A stretch of 52,286 bases of DNA, the filler included, from Squatina squatina (lineage: Eukaryota): the NCBI GenBank assembly GCA_031763465.1. It is 3 parts of 3 records of this genome, joined end to end, with 100 filler letters (N's around TTAATTAATTAA, not from the genome) between each part and the next. Parts side by side here need not be neighbours in the genome. Positions count along the whole stretch, not along the records: positions 33,401 to 52,286 come from JARFOE010000016.1; 2 more parts are not named here. One strand, written 5' to 3'. The translations under genes were made by a program, and so were the position numbers. The notes below the pieces were generated by a model. It was not told the DNA's origin and made no database searches. It worked only from the letters and a program-made list of their open reading frames with translations. Each line of letters begins with the position of its first letter. The first letter of the stretch is position 1. Below are positions 35,059-47,280 of the stretch, piece after piece.

Positions 35059-36124
35059 TAGGTTATTCAATTTTAAGGAATGTAGACAAACTTGAAAATT
35101 GAGAAATAAGCGAAACAAGTAGTAATGTTCTTCTGGAAGGAAATGTGTTCCCATGCACCAATGAATAGTAGGATGCTACGATAATATGTTCCCATTGATC
35201 TTCCAATTTGGCTCGTTATCAGCTGTACTTGTTGGTTCAGATGCTCGAAAGAACTGAATCCCTTTCCCACATGAAGGGGGAAAGGGTCTTCATAGCAGCT
35301 GGCTCAGTGGTGTCACTGGCAGGTCTCTTGGCCAAGGGATATGTATGCGTCAGAGCCACTGGGGCGGAAAACAAAATAATGGGAGAGGGCAACATCGTCA
35401 ATGTGCAGTTGAAACACAAGCGATCAGTAGACTGTTAATTGCTGATTGATGAAACTGAACTGAAATCAAATATTTTAGACTATATTGTTTGAAAAAGAGT
35501 TTGCATCTTTGCACTAACTGCCAAAATCTGCCTTGTACATTCAAGTTGCTTTATTGTTATCCCAAACTATTCCCCCCCACCCACTCTTGCTGCAGAGCAG
35601 GGGAAAGGGGAAGGAGGGGGAGGTGGTGCAGGAGTGCAAGAACAGGTCGGCAGTGGGCTATTGGGATTGCTCCTCCTAATCCCTAATTTTGTAGGAATTA
35701 GGAGGAGCAAACCCATACGCCCAAGCACCTCAAAATTTCACAGGCTGTTTTTGAAGTGGTTTTCAGTGGTCCTTTTAAATCCCTAACAAGCTTGTTTTTT
35801 TTTTACTTTTTGTTGATTTCTTTTTGAACCTGCTGTTGGATAAATGCAATCCTCAAAGCAGTGCTAAACAGTCACGAATAGTTCACAGGTATTTTCTATT
35901 TGTATTGCACTGTTTGCACACACCTATCTTTATTCTCTAAAATTAACAATCAGTGCAATAGATTGTATCTATTTTTCCTGTTTCAGACGTATGGAAATTT
36001 CTTCCAATATTTTCATCATAGGCACTCTGAAAGATTGATGATAAATGGTTTAACATGGTAGTTATCAATAGTTTTAACTTTTTATGCTTCTGTAACTTCA
36101 AATCCATCACTTTATTTAAAATAG

Positions 36125-36220
36125 CTTCCAGAGGGGAAGATTTCCTCGAGGACCACCACCATGACATTTACCTCCTTTGTCTTCTTCGATATGTTCAACG
36201 CTTTAAGTTGTCGCTCTCAG
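36125..36220 (+). CDS. ATP2C2: ATP2C2 exon, 96 bp
   Basis: [32 protein letters not shown]; TAG/GT; RTTTMTF matches ATP2C2 (ATP2C1 has RDTTMTF). Confidence 0.88.
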
Positions 36221-36832
36221 GTACAAACTGCTACTTAACTTATTTATTTCTGGAATGCCATGGTGTAAAGGGACAATGTTAGTTTTTGAAAATGGAGCAA
36301 GTGCAAATTAAGATGCGGAATCAGATCTTTATTCTGTTCCTCGCCTTTTTTTTTTAAAAAGGCTTCCTTCCTGTTGTGTTTCTACATTGCAGACAGTATT
36401 CTAGTATTTTTGAGATTTGTACATACAATGATTAAAAAAATTAAGTCTGAATATCCATGTTTCTGCATCTGAGCTGTACATTTTTTGTTCTATTCTCCAG
36501 TTCATAAGCACTGACTTCTAATCCATGGTGGCTTGGATCTAAAACTTCAGTACAATGTATTTAATGGAGCAAAGATCAGCATTTGCTCCAGTTTACAGAA
36601 AACTTTAGAATCTGCGATAATTTTCTGGAGGGAAAAAAAAATTCACAAATGTGCCGCTTTTACAATTTGTATTTTAAAATAGTCAATTGTAGTACAACAT
36701 TTTTGGAGCTATTCGTTGGTGGTTTTTCTTACACTTCCATGATGGTAGATGAACATTTTTAAAAGGTTGGGTAATTTCAAATCTTCCTGAATGAGATGCC
36801 CTACTGTAGCAAACATATCTAGGCTTTTGTGG

Positions 36833-36834
<2 letters not shown>

Positions 36835-36876
<42 letters not shown>
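36835..36876. repeat. (GT)21 microsatellite
   Basis: 42 bp of perfect GT repeat. Confidence 0.98.
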
Positions 36877-36881
<5 letters not shown>

Positions 36882-37325
36882 TTAGGGCCATTTTTCAAAG
36901 GCAGTCTTTTGATGAATATTGCGCATAAAGCTGCTATTAACTTGATCAAGTTAGCACATTTCTTAAGCACGTCTGCTAAGCCAAAGTACAGGATAATCTC
37001 GTATACTTCAGATGTGTAAATCCAACACAGAAGAGTAGAAATTATGATCGGTGGTGTTCTCGTATGAATGCTTAATGTGATCACACCAAATCCATACTTT
37101 TATCCATGTGTTAAAATGGCAGAGGGGGAATTCGGTACGAATCTGATAACTGTTTATCCAAGATCAGTGCTGATATGAGGTTCTACCCTCTCGTGTGCTG
37201 CTGAATTATACACACCAGGAAGATCACCGGGTCAATCTCTGACCTTGAGTATCTTGAATTTCAAGAGAGCAGCAGGAAATTGTTCTTGAGATAGGGAGGG
37301 TAAAATAAAATCAAGATTTCCAAAT

Positions 37326-37857
37326 TCATAGAATCATACAGCACAGAAGGAGGCCATTCAGCCCATCATGCCTGTGCCGGCTCTTTGGTACAGCTATCCC
37401 ACTCCCCTGTTCTTACTACATTGCCCTGTCATTTTTTTCCCCCCTTCAAGTATTTATTAGTTCCCTTTTTGAAAGTTACTGTTGAATTTGCTTGTACCAC
37501 CCTTTCAGACAATGCATTCCAGATCATCATTAACGACACAGGATATACGGCACAGAAACAGGCCATTTGGCCCAACTTATCCATGCCGGCGTTTATATTC
37601 CCCTTGAGCCTCCCGTCTTTCTTCATCTAAATCTATCCACATAACCCTCTATTCCCTTCTCCCACATATACTTGTCCATCCTCACCTTAAATGCATCTAT
37701 ACTATTTACTTCTATTCGCTTCAACCACTCCCTGTGGTAGCGAGTTCCACATTCTTTGGGTAAAGAAGTTTCTTCTGAATACCCTATTGGATTTCTTGGT
37801 GACTATCTTATATTGATGGCCTCTAGATATGCTCTTCCCCACAAGTGGAAACATTCT
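37326..37857 (-). mobile_element. Two adjacent CR1 3' fragments from different subfamilies
   Basis: Two reversed CR1 tails (CATAGAATCATACAGCACAGAAGG at 37328; GGCACAGAAACAGGCCATT at 37549); the second resembles 38975-39280. Confidence 0.85.
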
Positions 37858-38103
37858 GGGCTATAAATTCATCTCCTGTTGCGTCCCGCTAGCGGCGCCG
37901 AGGGGCGCAAACAGGACGAAACAGGACAAAATGGCACCGTAAGTCGGTTAACTCGCCTCCCGAGGAATTCAACTGGGGTGCAAAGGCCTTTATGCCTGGC
38001 CAGCTGAATTCCACGACAGGTCGGCACGTGACGTTATAAAGGTGCGCGCCGACCCTTACTATGCAGCTGCAACCCCGTTTGCGGCCCGTTTGCATCCCGC
38101 GGG
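37858..38103 (+). mobile_element. GC-rich MITE left end abutting CR1, truncated by gap
   Basis: Starts GGGCTATAAATT; co-linear with 20879-21153 (CGTCCC..TAGCG..CCGAGGGGCGC, CAGCTGAATT, CCGTTTGC.TCCCGCGGG). Confidence 0.72.
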
Positions 38104-38202
38104 NNNNNNNNNNNNNNNNNNNNNNNNNNNNNNNNNNNNNNNNNNNNNNNNNNNNNNNNNNNNNNNNNNNNNNNNNNNNNNNNNNNNNNNNNNNNNNNNN
38201 NN

Positions 38203-38386
38203 NTAGCTATATTCAAAAGGGAGTTAGATGTGGCCCTTACGGCTAGAGGGATCAGGGGGTATGGAGAGTAAGCAGGTACGAGGTACTGAGTTGCATGATC
38301 AGCCATGATCATATTGAATGGCGCTGCAGGCTTGAAGGGCCGAATGGCCTACCTCTGCACCTATTTTCTATGTTTCTATGTTTCTA
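38203..38386 (+). mobile_element. CR1/HER1-type LINE 3' end
   Basis: Similar to 30995-31141 and ends TTCTATGTTTCTATGTTTCTAT. Confidence 0.9.
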
Positions 38387-38969
38387 TCTCCTCCCTGCTT
38401 TCAAAAACCTCCTACAGACTTTTCAATTGGTTTTTTTTTCTGTTTTTCTGACTTGCTGTTTTTTTTTCATTTATCCCATCTGTTTGTGCTCTGGGAGAGT
38501 TTTTTGAGGCAAAAGCTGCTATATAATTGCGAGTAGTTTTAAAATAATGAAAAGAACAGATGAGGAATGACGGGTAAAGTTACGGTGGCGGAGGAGAAGC
38601 AACTCAGGAAATTCCCAGTCAAAATCTTGTGATAAGTTAGTTATGCAAAATCACTTTTTGTCAGCCCCACCTTATGATATTCAATCAACACCGTAATGAG
38701 TTTAGTTAATGACTGCACCTAACTGAGCAATACATGAGTCACAGAGTTGTTTAGTTTGTCTTTTGGATAAATCTACACCATGGGGCCTTAATGTACTTTT
38801 AGTTTACATTATAACTGTCATTGGTTTTTTTCAGATGTTCCCTCATTTAGGTTAAATTTTAATAGTAAATCAGGGTTTACAAAGCAGGTTGATGAAATTT
38901 GCTGATGCAGTTAAAGTGCCAACAGCCTACTTTGACAGTTGCAGAGATTAAATAATTACGTGGAATTAT

Positions 38970-39960
38970 GCAGAATATACAGCACAGAAACAGGCCATTC
39001 ACCCCAACCAGTCCACGCCGGCGTTTATACTCCACTCAAGCCTTCACCCGTCTTTCCTCATTTAAATCTATCAGCATAACCCTCTATTCCCTTCTCCCTC
39101 ATATGCTTGTCTAGCCTCCCTTTAAATGACTCTATACAATTCGCTTCAACCACTCCCTGTGGGAGCGAGTTCCACATTCTCACCACTCTCTGGATAAAGT
39201 TTCTTCTGAATTCCCTATTGGATTTCTTGGTGACTACCTTATTGTGATGGCCTCTAGTTATGCTCCACAAGTGGACACTCTCTCTATCCACTCTATCAAA
39301 ACCTTTCATAATTTTAAAAACCTCTATTAGGTCAACCCTCAGCCTTCTCTTTTCAAGAGAAAAGCGTCCCAGCCTGTTCATCCTTTCCTGATAGGTATAC
39401 CTTCGCATTTCTGGTATCATCCTTGTCAATCCAGTGCCTCTATATCCTTTTTATAATATGGTGACCAGAACTGCACACAGTACTCTAAGTGTGGTCTAAC
39501 CAAGGTTCGATACAGGTTTATCATAACTTCAACTCTACACCTCTGGAAATAAACCCTTGTGCTTGGTTTGCTTTTTTTTAATGCCCTTGTTGACCTGTCA
39601 CAACATTTTGCGTACTTTCATTCAGAGACCCTTTGGTCCTCTACCCCACCTAGACTCGCACCCACCAAGTAACAAGTGACCTCCCTATGCTTCCTACCAA
39701 AATGTAATACCTCACATTTATCTGTGTCGAACTTCATTTGCTAATTATATGCCCATTCTGCAAGTTTATCAATGTCCTCCTGTAATTTGCTGTAGTCCTC
39801 CTCAGCATTGACTATCTTCCCACCCCCCAAATTTTGGTGTCATCTGCAAATTTAGAAATCGTATTTTTGATTCCAAAGTCTAAATATAAATTGTGAACAC
39901 CACTGATCCCTGTGGAACACTACAACCCACCTTCTGCCACTGTGAATAGCCACCTTTTAC
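38970..39960 (-). mobile_element. CR1 LINE 3' kilobase
   Basis: ORF 39058-39429 (TRMIPEMR...FSLEKRRLRVDLIEVFKIMKGFDRVD...RVVRMWNSLP) and SKFADDTK motif near 39835-39858. Confidence 0.92.
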
Positions 39961-39965
39961 CCCTG

Positions 39966-40489
39966 TAACTTGCTGCGTAAAAAAAAACGTTTCCCCATGT
40001 GGTTCTTTTGCCAATCACTTTAAATCTGTGTCCTTTGGTTACTGACTCTTCATTTACTCTATCAAAACCGTTCATGATTTTGTACACCTTTATCAAATCG
40101 ACTCTTAACCTTCTCTGCTCTAAGGAGAACAAGTCCAACTTCTCCAGTCTATCCGCATAATGTCCCTCATTCTACCATTCTAGTAAATCTCTCCTGCACC
40201 CTCACTAAGGCCTTGACATTTTTCCTAAAGTGTGGTGCCCAGACTTTTTTACGCAGCGAGTGGTTGGGATCTATAATGCACTGCCTGAAAGGGTGGTTGC
40301 GACAGATTCAATCGTGGCTTTCAATAGGGAATTGGATAAGTACCTAAAGGAATAAAATTTGCAGGCCTACGGCGAAAGAGCAGGGGAGTGGGACTCGCTG
40401 AAGTGCTCTTGCAGGGAGCCAGCACGAACTCGATGGGCCAAATGGCTTCCTTCTGTGCTGTAACCATTCTGATTCTATTCCATGATTCT
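39966..40489. mobile_element. CR1 insertion with inverted 5' part (39966-40242 minus; 40243-40489 plus)
   Basis: The minus part ends ...TTTTTACGCAGCAAGTTA; the plus part starts CTTTTTTACGCAGCGAGTGG and runs to the ATTCT tail, so the two pieces are consecutive parts of one element. Confidence 0.8.
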
Positions 40490-40549
40490 GTATTCCTGCT
40501 TTATAAAGGTTTAACATAACTTGTATCTTCTTTTTTTTCTTCTTTCTAG

Positions 40550-40691
40550 ACTAAATCAATATTCCAAATAGGCCTTTTTCGTAATCATGTGTTCCTTTAT
40601 ACGGTACTTGGCTCACTTCTGGGACAAATGGCTGTCATCTATTTCCCACCTCTGCAGAAAGTTTTCCAAACAGAAAGCCTCAGACCGCTCG
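40550..40691 (+). CDS. ATP2C2: ATP2C2 penultimate exon, 142 bp
   Basis: [47 protein letters not shown](D); RNH.FLY matches ATP2C2; TAG/GTATGT. Confidence 0.9.
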
Positions 40692-41036
40692 GTATGTAAT
40701 TGGAGATTTTTTTAGTGGTGCATTATAACATTTTGGATTTACTTTCGATGTAGAATTTTCTGTAGTAAAATTTGTTGGCAACTTTTAGCGCACATATCAG
40801 TATACATAAGTTAAGTTTTTTCATAATTAATAGCGTTTGTGTTCGGATGGTACTGTGTAGTTGCCAGTTTGTAAATCTTGTCCTGTCACATTTGGTTTAC
40901 AGGTATAGTATCGTGCACCAATTATATAAGCAGTATTTATAAATACATATTTTGAACATGGATGCACTGATATCACTTTCTGAAATTTACAATCCATCTA
41001 TCCTTGAAAACATCTGTATTTTCTATTCCTTTACAG

Positions 41037-41158
41037 ACTTGCTGCTCTTGGTTGGCTTGGCCTCTTCAGTTTTCATTGCATCAGAATTATTGAAGCTAAT
41101 TGAAAGAATCTGGTCTTCTGCCACTGAAAGGAAAAATGGTCCCAATTTAGGAGTATGA
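41037..41158 (+). CDS. ATP2C2: ATP2C2 last coding exon
   Basis: (D)LLLLVGLASSVFIASELLKLIERIWSSATERKNGPNLGV*; LASSVFI.SELLKL matches ATP2C2; CAG acceptor. Confidence 0.9.
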
Positions 41159-42229
41159 CCATATCAATTGGAATGCAACTATATTGACTGAGCCATGGTG
41201 TATTGCAGGATTGCACAACTACATTTTATCAGCTATTACTGGCTTTGTGAAATTTAATATTGAATGCCATGAAGTTTCCTTTTGGTTACATTGTGAAATT
41301 TCACTTAAGGGAGTTGCTTTCGTTCAGGGTGTGTTGGTGCCCTTGAGCAGAAGGATTCCCTAATTAATTTTAGAAACCTGCAAATTGTCAAATCAAAATG
41401 GCAGTACAAAATATCTTGAAGTGGGCTACAAATCATTGTTGAATGGGATGTGCAAAAGAGCCCTCTGGCTCTGGACATGCTGCATGGTCAATTTGAATGC
41501 CGTACATTCAAGGTATAAATACTGCATTATTCTTTGAGCAATGTTTGTCCTTGCTTGTTGCAAACATTGTCTGTTGAGCACAGTATATGCTTACAGCTGC
41601 ATATAAATCTAGGGACAGTAGTTGGTGATGTTTATAGCTTGGTTCCCTAAAGCAGAAAAATTAGCATTACAGACAGTTGGAATGGATTGGGATTTTCGTT
41701 CTGGTTCCCGTAACCAGTATTCCCCTTAAATTGCTCTCATTGTATTAGCTCTGAACGGTTATGCACTGCCGATAAAATTGCTGCCAAAAGGTCTTCGTCA
41801 AACATTTTTATAACAACTGCTCGAGTACAAATTATGATTGTACAATTTATACACTCACTAATAATTCTATAAAGGGTTATTGATAGCAGTAAAACTGTGA
41901 CCACCTTTGTGTTTATATGAGGTAAGCGGTCCAATGTTTCCTGTTTGAAGCTTTTCAAAAACCTAGGTATGCGTAAAGAGGTACAATGTTGAGAGACAGA
42001 AGTGGTGAATTAGTTCCCTGTTTTGTAAGCATTCCTACCCTATAAAAATTGACGGTAGAAAATTGAACTTAAGCCCTAAAATTAGCAATGCTACAGCAAA
42101 AGAAGTGTGTTTTACAGAAGCTCAGACCTGGCTTAGGTGAAGTTTATTAATGCAGAGTTCAGCGGTCGCAGGAGACTAGTACTAGTGAGCAGTCCCAGAG
42201 GGTCCCATGGCACTGCTCTGACTCTATCG

Positions 42230-43080
42230 GCTCCTCTCCCGGGATGTTGAGGTTGAGAGCATCTGCCAATGCAAAGTTGTGCAGGGACACGACAAACCAG
42301 CACAATCATAGCCACTCACTCTGGGGAATATGGTAGTACACCCCAAAACCTGTTCAGACACCTGGAGCGGCTCGTCGCCACCCCAATGGCCCTCTGCCTG
42401 ACCTCCGCCTCGATCTGTGCCGCCCGAAATCGTGTCATAAGCCATAGCAGCAGGGGTGTGCTTTACCCCAATCATTGGCTCAGCTCGCTCTTCTTCCCTG
42501 AACACACAGGCTGTAACAGAATTCCTCACACTGAAGGCATCATGATATGAAACCAAGTGCTGAGCATTAATGTGCATTAATGGGCATCACATAAAGTGTG
42601 CACATTCAGGGATTAAGGCCTTCAAGGAAAGCCTTCATTGCCACATGCATCCCATCAATCGCTCCAAGTACCTGGGTAAGCCAGCTACACATTAGAAAGC
42701 AAGTGCCCGCTGCCTTTGCTCCACCAGTGACATATCAGATGAGATGAACTCCGCAGCCCTGCGGAACAGCGAGTCAGTCACCTGCCAGATGCTGTCACTC
42801 ACTGCCCCTTGACTGATGTGGCACACGACCCCCTTGGATGCTTGGAATGAGCCACACCCATAAAAGTTCAGAAGGTGACCTTCATCGCGACCGTGATGGC
42901 CATGTAGTTTGTGGACAGAGGTTGCTTGAGATCGCCCCTCAGCAAGTAACAAAGTTCACCAATTGCACCCTTAGTAAGTTGTAGGCAGCACACAACCAGC
43001 TCCTTTGAGGGCCTGTACATTCTGTGGGCAGGGTGTCTACGAGTGGGGTGGATTTTTTCTGTGCCTCGAGCCTCCGGAAC
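42230..43080 (-). pseudogene. Decayed Harbinger/PIF (HARBI1-like) DDE transposase
   Basis: Ordered motifs across frameshifts and stops: RMYRP, LNFYGCGSFQ, CHISQGAVS, QVTDSLFRRAAEFI, QVLGAIDGMHV, HDAFSVRNS, RSRCLNRFWGVLPYSPE. Confidence 0.88.
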
Positions 43081-44030
43081 ACTCCTCCTCCATCACGAAG
43101 AAGAGAGTGGGATTGTCAAGAAGTGAATCATTCATCAACTTTTTTTAACCAATTGATGATTTCTGCAACAGCAGGGCAGACCTGTGGCTTCAATTGACTG
43201 CTGGTCAAGTGATTAACACTGGGTTCATGTGACCACAGTGTCTGTGTGCGTGAGAATTTGGGTGCAATGTGATGAACCCCACTGAACGAGCGCAATCAGT
43301 CGAAACTCGCCTTTCTGACCTGGGGTCGTGACCGGTTTTGTGGGCAGGGACTGGATAGGTTGAACGGTCTGTTGAATGAGCTTAAAAGATCATGGATACT
43401 TGGCCATAATGTGGTTATGGATGCAACTCACTTAGGCTTAAAATTTAGTTACCATTTGCGCTATTTGATTCTGCCCAGATTAAGCCAATANNNNNNNNNN
43501 NNNNNNNNNNNNNNNNNNNNNNNNNNNNNNNNNNNNNNNNNNNNNNNNNNNNNNNNNNNNNNNNNNNNNNNNNNNNNNNNNNNNNNNNNNCTATGATTTG
43601 ACTGACCTAAGCATTGCTTGTGTCTCCAGAACAAACCCCTTTAAGGGCTGAGGTGGCCTGACACTTGCTGAAGCTCCTTAGATCCGTCCCACAATTCGCC
43701 TCCTGAAATACACGAAGATAAAAAGTGCACTTTAGCGCTGAAATTAGGAATTTTTTTAATGCTCTAAGATTTTTTTCTAAGTGTTGAATAGCATGACTTA
43801 ACCAAAAATTTCTAAGACTAAACTTAACGCGCAACTATTCATTAGTTAGCGTCCAAACTTAGGGCAATTGAATTGGGCGCCCATTAGGTTTCTATGCTCC
43901 TACCAGACCACGTGCTTCTATCTGTAACTTTGATTGCAGCAAATTGGAAGCTCTACAATGAGGGGTTTATCAAGAGTGCACCTTCTAAATAGGGCTTTGC
44001 TGAAACTTAGGACAGGGTTAGTGTCTTTAC

Positions 44031-44264
44031 CTCTTTTACTTGCCTTCCTTTTACAGGACCATCAGCATCTTGGGAAATCATTCTTTGAATGATGAAACTT
44101 CTTTCTTCAGCAGTGCCTCGCATGACATAGGAAAGAAATAAAACAAATTGTTTCTTGCTTATGGTGTCAATTAAACCTCCTGATCTTCTCATCGGTTCCA
44201 TGCTCCTCATTCCATTGTAGAGTCGGACAGTCATGGTGCCCAGCACTGCTCCATGAACATATGC
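44031..44264 (-). CDS. MEAK7: MEAK7 (TLDC1/KIAA1609) internal exon, 234 bp, phase 0-0
   Basis: AYVHGAVLGTMTVRLYNGMRSM...ISKKQFVLFLSYVMRGTAEERS...DGPVKGRQVKE aligns to human MVTRLYDGMRR...VSQEQF..MSHLLKGNSEEKS...EGPVKAREVQK; CAG/GTAAA; tail-to-tail with ATP2C2 as in human. Confidence 0.88.
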
Positions 44265-45879
44265 CTGAGAAAGAGCAAGACAATATCACCCAGTATTGTA
44301 TAACACTCTCCTAAACTGCTTCCATCTCTACTTTTACTTATTGTTGTTATCACCGAGATACGGGATAGCTTTCCAGAGGCAACAAGCATGTTCCACTCCA
44401 TTCTTTATAATTAGGAATTACAAGAATCACATTGTAGTTTCTATAAAAAGCTGAGGAACAACTCTCCTCACAGCAAGTTTCCAGCATTACTTGCACTGCC
44501 ACTGAGAGGTGCCAAGCAGAGGAAAGTTGCAGGAACCAGTCCTTTGGTGGATCTCTGAATGGTCAGTTACACAGTGGTACTGTCAGAGCCCAGTCTCTTT
44601 AGAGGAGAGGCTTAAGCTTTAACCTCCAATTCACCTGAGATTTTGAATGTACTGTAGGTATTGTGAAAAGAAACTGCAGTTCTCGATTCTCCCAGTACTG
44701 TGGCCGGAATCCCTGCCTTGACCAAGAGGTGCCACGATTCTGCAAATGAGAAAAAAAGGCCTACAACACCTGAAGGAATTCTACAAATGAAACTCAGTTA
44801 CAATAAAGGTGCGACGATTAAACAAAGGCCTCTGCTTTCCTATTGGCCGGGGGCAGGAGGCATCTCCAGCAGGGCGGGACTTGTGCTCAGTTCAGAGGCA
44901 CCTCCCTAACCTCAGCTAAATTGCCAGCTCCGGGGTTATTGCATGCTGGAATTGGGCTCCCGTGTCCCTGCCGGGATGTCCCAGCCCAAAATCTGGGCAG
45001 AATCATCAGTGGTAGGTCATGGAGGCAGCCGGAGAGTGGAGCGAAAGTAAACTGAAATTTCTTCTCCTTTTCTGGGGCTTGCGTGTGACAATGTCTGGAG
45101 AGCCATAGCACAGCAAGCACTGCAAGCAGCGCCTTCTTTTGCCCCTCCGCTGATCTTTGAATGCTGGAAACCAAAGCCCCTACATCTGGCACCTAGACAG
45201 AGCAAATGAGAGGAAACACAGCACAGCGGAAATGTTTCCCCAATTTCAATCTTAATGGCACGTGTTTTCATGAGTGTGTGAATTTTTAGCTGCTGATCCT
45301 GCCCTCCAGAAAAAGTGGGCGGGGTGGGTAGAGGCAGAGACTAGGGAGTGTGTGAACTCAAGCACTTCAGGTCCTGTCAATCCCAAGTGCGCAAGAAAAC
45401 TAGTGGGATGAAGCCAGAAATCTTAGGCGTAAAAGAGTGCAATTTTACAGAATTGCTGATGTGCAGCATTAGCCTAGAAGGCAATGTAGAGCAACAATGA
45501 AATAAGACCATAAGAAGTAGGAGCAGGAGTGGNNNNNNNNNNNNNNNNNNNNNNNNNNNNNNNNNNNNNNNNNNNNNNNNNNNNNNNNNNNNNNNNNNNN
45601 NNNNNNNNNNNNNNNNNNNNNNNNNNNNNNNNTAATTGTTCAAATGTAAATAAAACATACATATATTTACAAAATACTGATTTTGTCATTTTTATTTCAC
45701 AAGTAAAGGTTTATTTTTCTACCGTCTATAGGTGTCCCCATGCAAGTCCCTATTTACAGATTTTAAGGCCTCCCAGGCCTCTGCTGAGACTACTCTTGAA
45801 AGGGCCAAAGAGTGGTTCGTGGAAGTGCCTGTAGTGTTCCATTTGGGACTGAAATCAGGAAGCACTTTTCCCACAAAAA

Positions 45880-46080
45880 CTCGCTCCCTCGAAAGGGCAT
45901 GGATGTTGGGTCAATTGACATTTTGGAAACTGAGAGATTTTTGTTCGATAAGTTTATCAAGGGATATGGAGGAAAGGTGGGGAAATGGGGTTGAGGCACA
46001 GATCATGCATGATTTAATAAAATGGCGGAACAGGCCCAAGGGGCTGGGTGGCCTGCTCCTGGTCCTGTGCTCCTATGTAA
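45880..46080 (+). mobile_element. Old CR1 3' end
   Basis: AACTCGCTCCC...CAAGGGATATGG...GATCATGCATGAT..AATGGCGGAACAGGC..AAGGGGCTG..TGGCCTGCTCCTG..CCTATG. Confidence 0.75.
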
Positions 46081-46699
46081 CTGGTTCTGAATCTTTTCTT
46101 TTTATTCGAAGATCAAGATGTACTGCTTGCATATTGTTTCAATCTTTAGATTGATCAGTACAGAATGCTTCAAATGATCTCATCGTCTGAAGCAATAAAA
46201 CAAAAACAGCTAAAAAGTTTAGTACATTTGTTAGCTAATAATAACATGTGAAATGAATTAAACAGCTTCTACGTAGGCTGGGAGAGTAGAACATCAATGT
46301 CATTTTGTCCTGACAAATGTTTAACTATTACCCCCATAAAACCTGATTCTCTTCATTTACTGGAAACTAAATGTAAAAAGCAGATTATTAAAAGGAATTA
46401 GGAAATGCGAGGCTCAGCAACTTAATTCGTTACAGCGCTTAGTTCCTTTTCAAAAATGTCAAAGGTTCAGGTCCCAGGGCTGCCTGTGACTCCAACTCTC
46501 CTGTCTTGCCTATTTGGCAAATGTGAATAAAAAATACAGAATGTTAAAAGAGACCAATGATGGACTGTTTTTAGATACTCCTTAGTAATTGATTTGAATG
46601 CATGAATATGGTACAGGCACAATGAGGACTGAGAATTTAGAGAAGGCTGAATGGGGGTAAAAGCTGCCTTTAATTTTGTCTCAATTGATGTCAATCAGC

Positions 46700-47280
46700 G
46701 TAATGCAGAAGTCGCGCCCCTCATGATAAATTGGGGTTACCACACCTGAAAGGAAGTGAAGCGCTAAGTCAAGCCCTCCGCTTCCTTCCTGGGGCGGGAG
46801 TGGCGCGCACATCTCAGCAGCACTATGCACTGGGCGGTGTAGCGCTGCTGCATATGAGGGGCCCAAGCTGCAGACACTGCATACAAGGACCCCACCTATC
46901 TGTACGACCGGGGAGCGGGGGTGACGCGTGATCAACCCGGCTCTCAAGTGGAGCGATCGCGGCACCGATCCCGCGACCAAAGCGGCACCGGGGCGGGAAG
47001 TGCAATGGGAGATTTTTCAGGAGCAGCCAGCCTCCTGCCCTTTAAATTTCACCACAGTAGCGGCCGGTCGCCCAAGACCTGACCCCTGAAGCTGCCGCTG
47101 TTATCGCTTGGCGCAGCATCAGAGGATGAGATACAATTTAGGGGTCGGGGGGGCCGCTAACGGGGCACTGCGCATGGCGATGATGTCAGCATCACCGGGC
47201 GCACAGAGCAGGGCACAACGCCCGAGCGGCTCCGCTAACCTCCCGCCAAATTTCGGTGGAGTCATTCGCCAGTTGCAAAT
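46700..47280. mobile_element. GC-rich MITE-like element, related to 34565-35058
   Basis: CpG-rich block with CCTTTAAATTTCA, GATGATGTCA and CCAAATTTC motifs shared with the other MITE copies; boundaries uncertain. Confidence 0.55.

Noticed and set aside
36683-37084. His/Thr-repeat protein
   Set aside because: Translation of the (GT)21 microsatellite.
33914-41158. ATP2C1 instead of ATP2C2
   Set aside because: RTTTMTF, RNH.FLY, LASSVFI.SELLKL and the adjacent MEAK7 favour ATP2C2.
44031-44264. MEAK7 as a truncated pseudogene
   Set aside because: The exon is intact with canonical splice sites; missing exons are explained by gaps.
46700-47280. CpG-island promoter of MEAK7
   Set aside because: Shares motifs with dispersed MITE copies in this window; a repeat is the simpler reading, although promoter use is not excluded.
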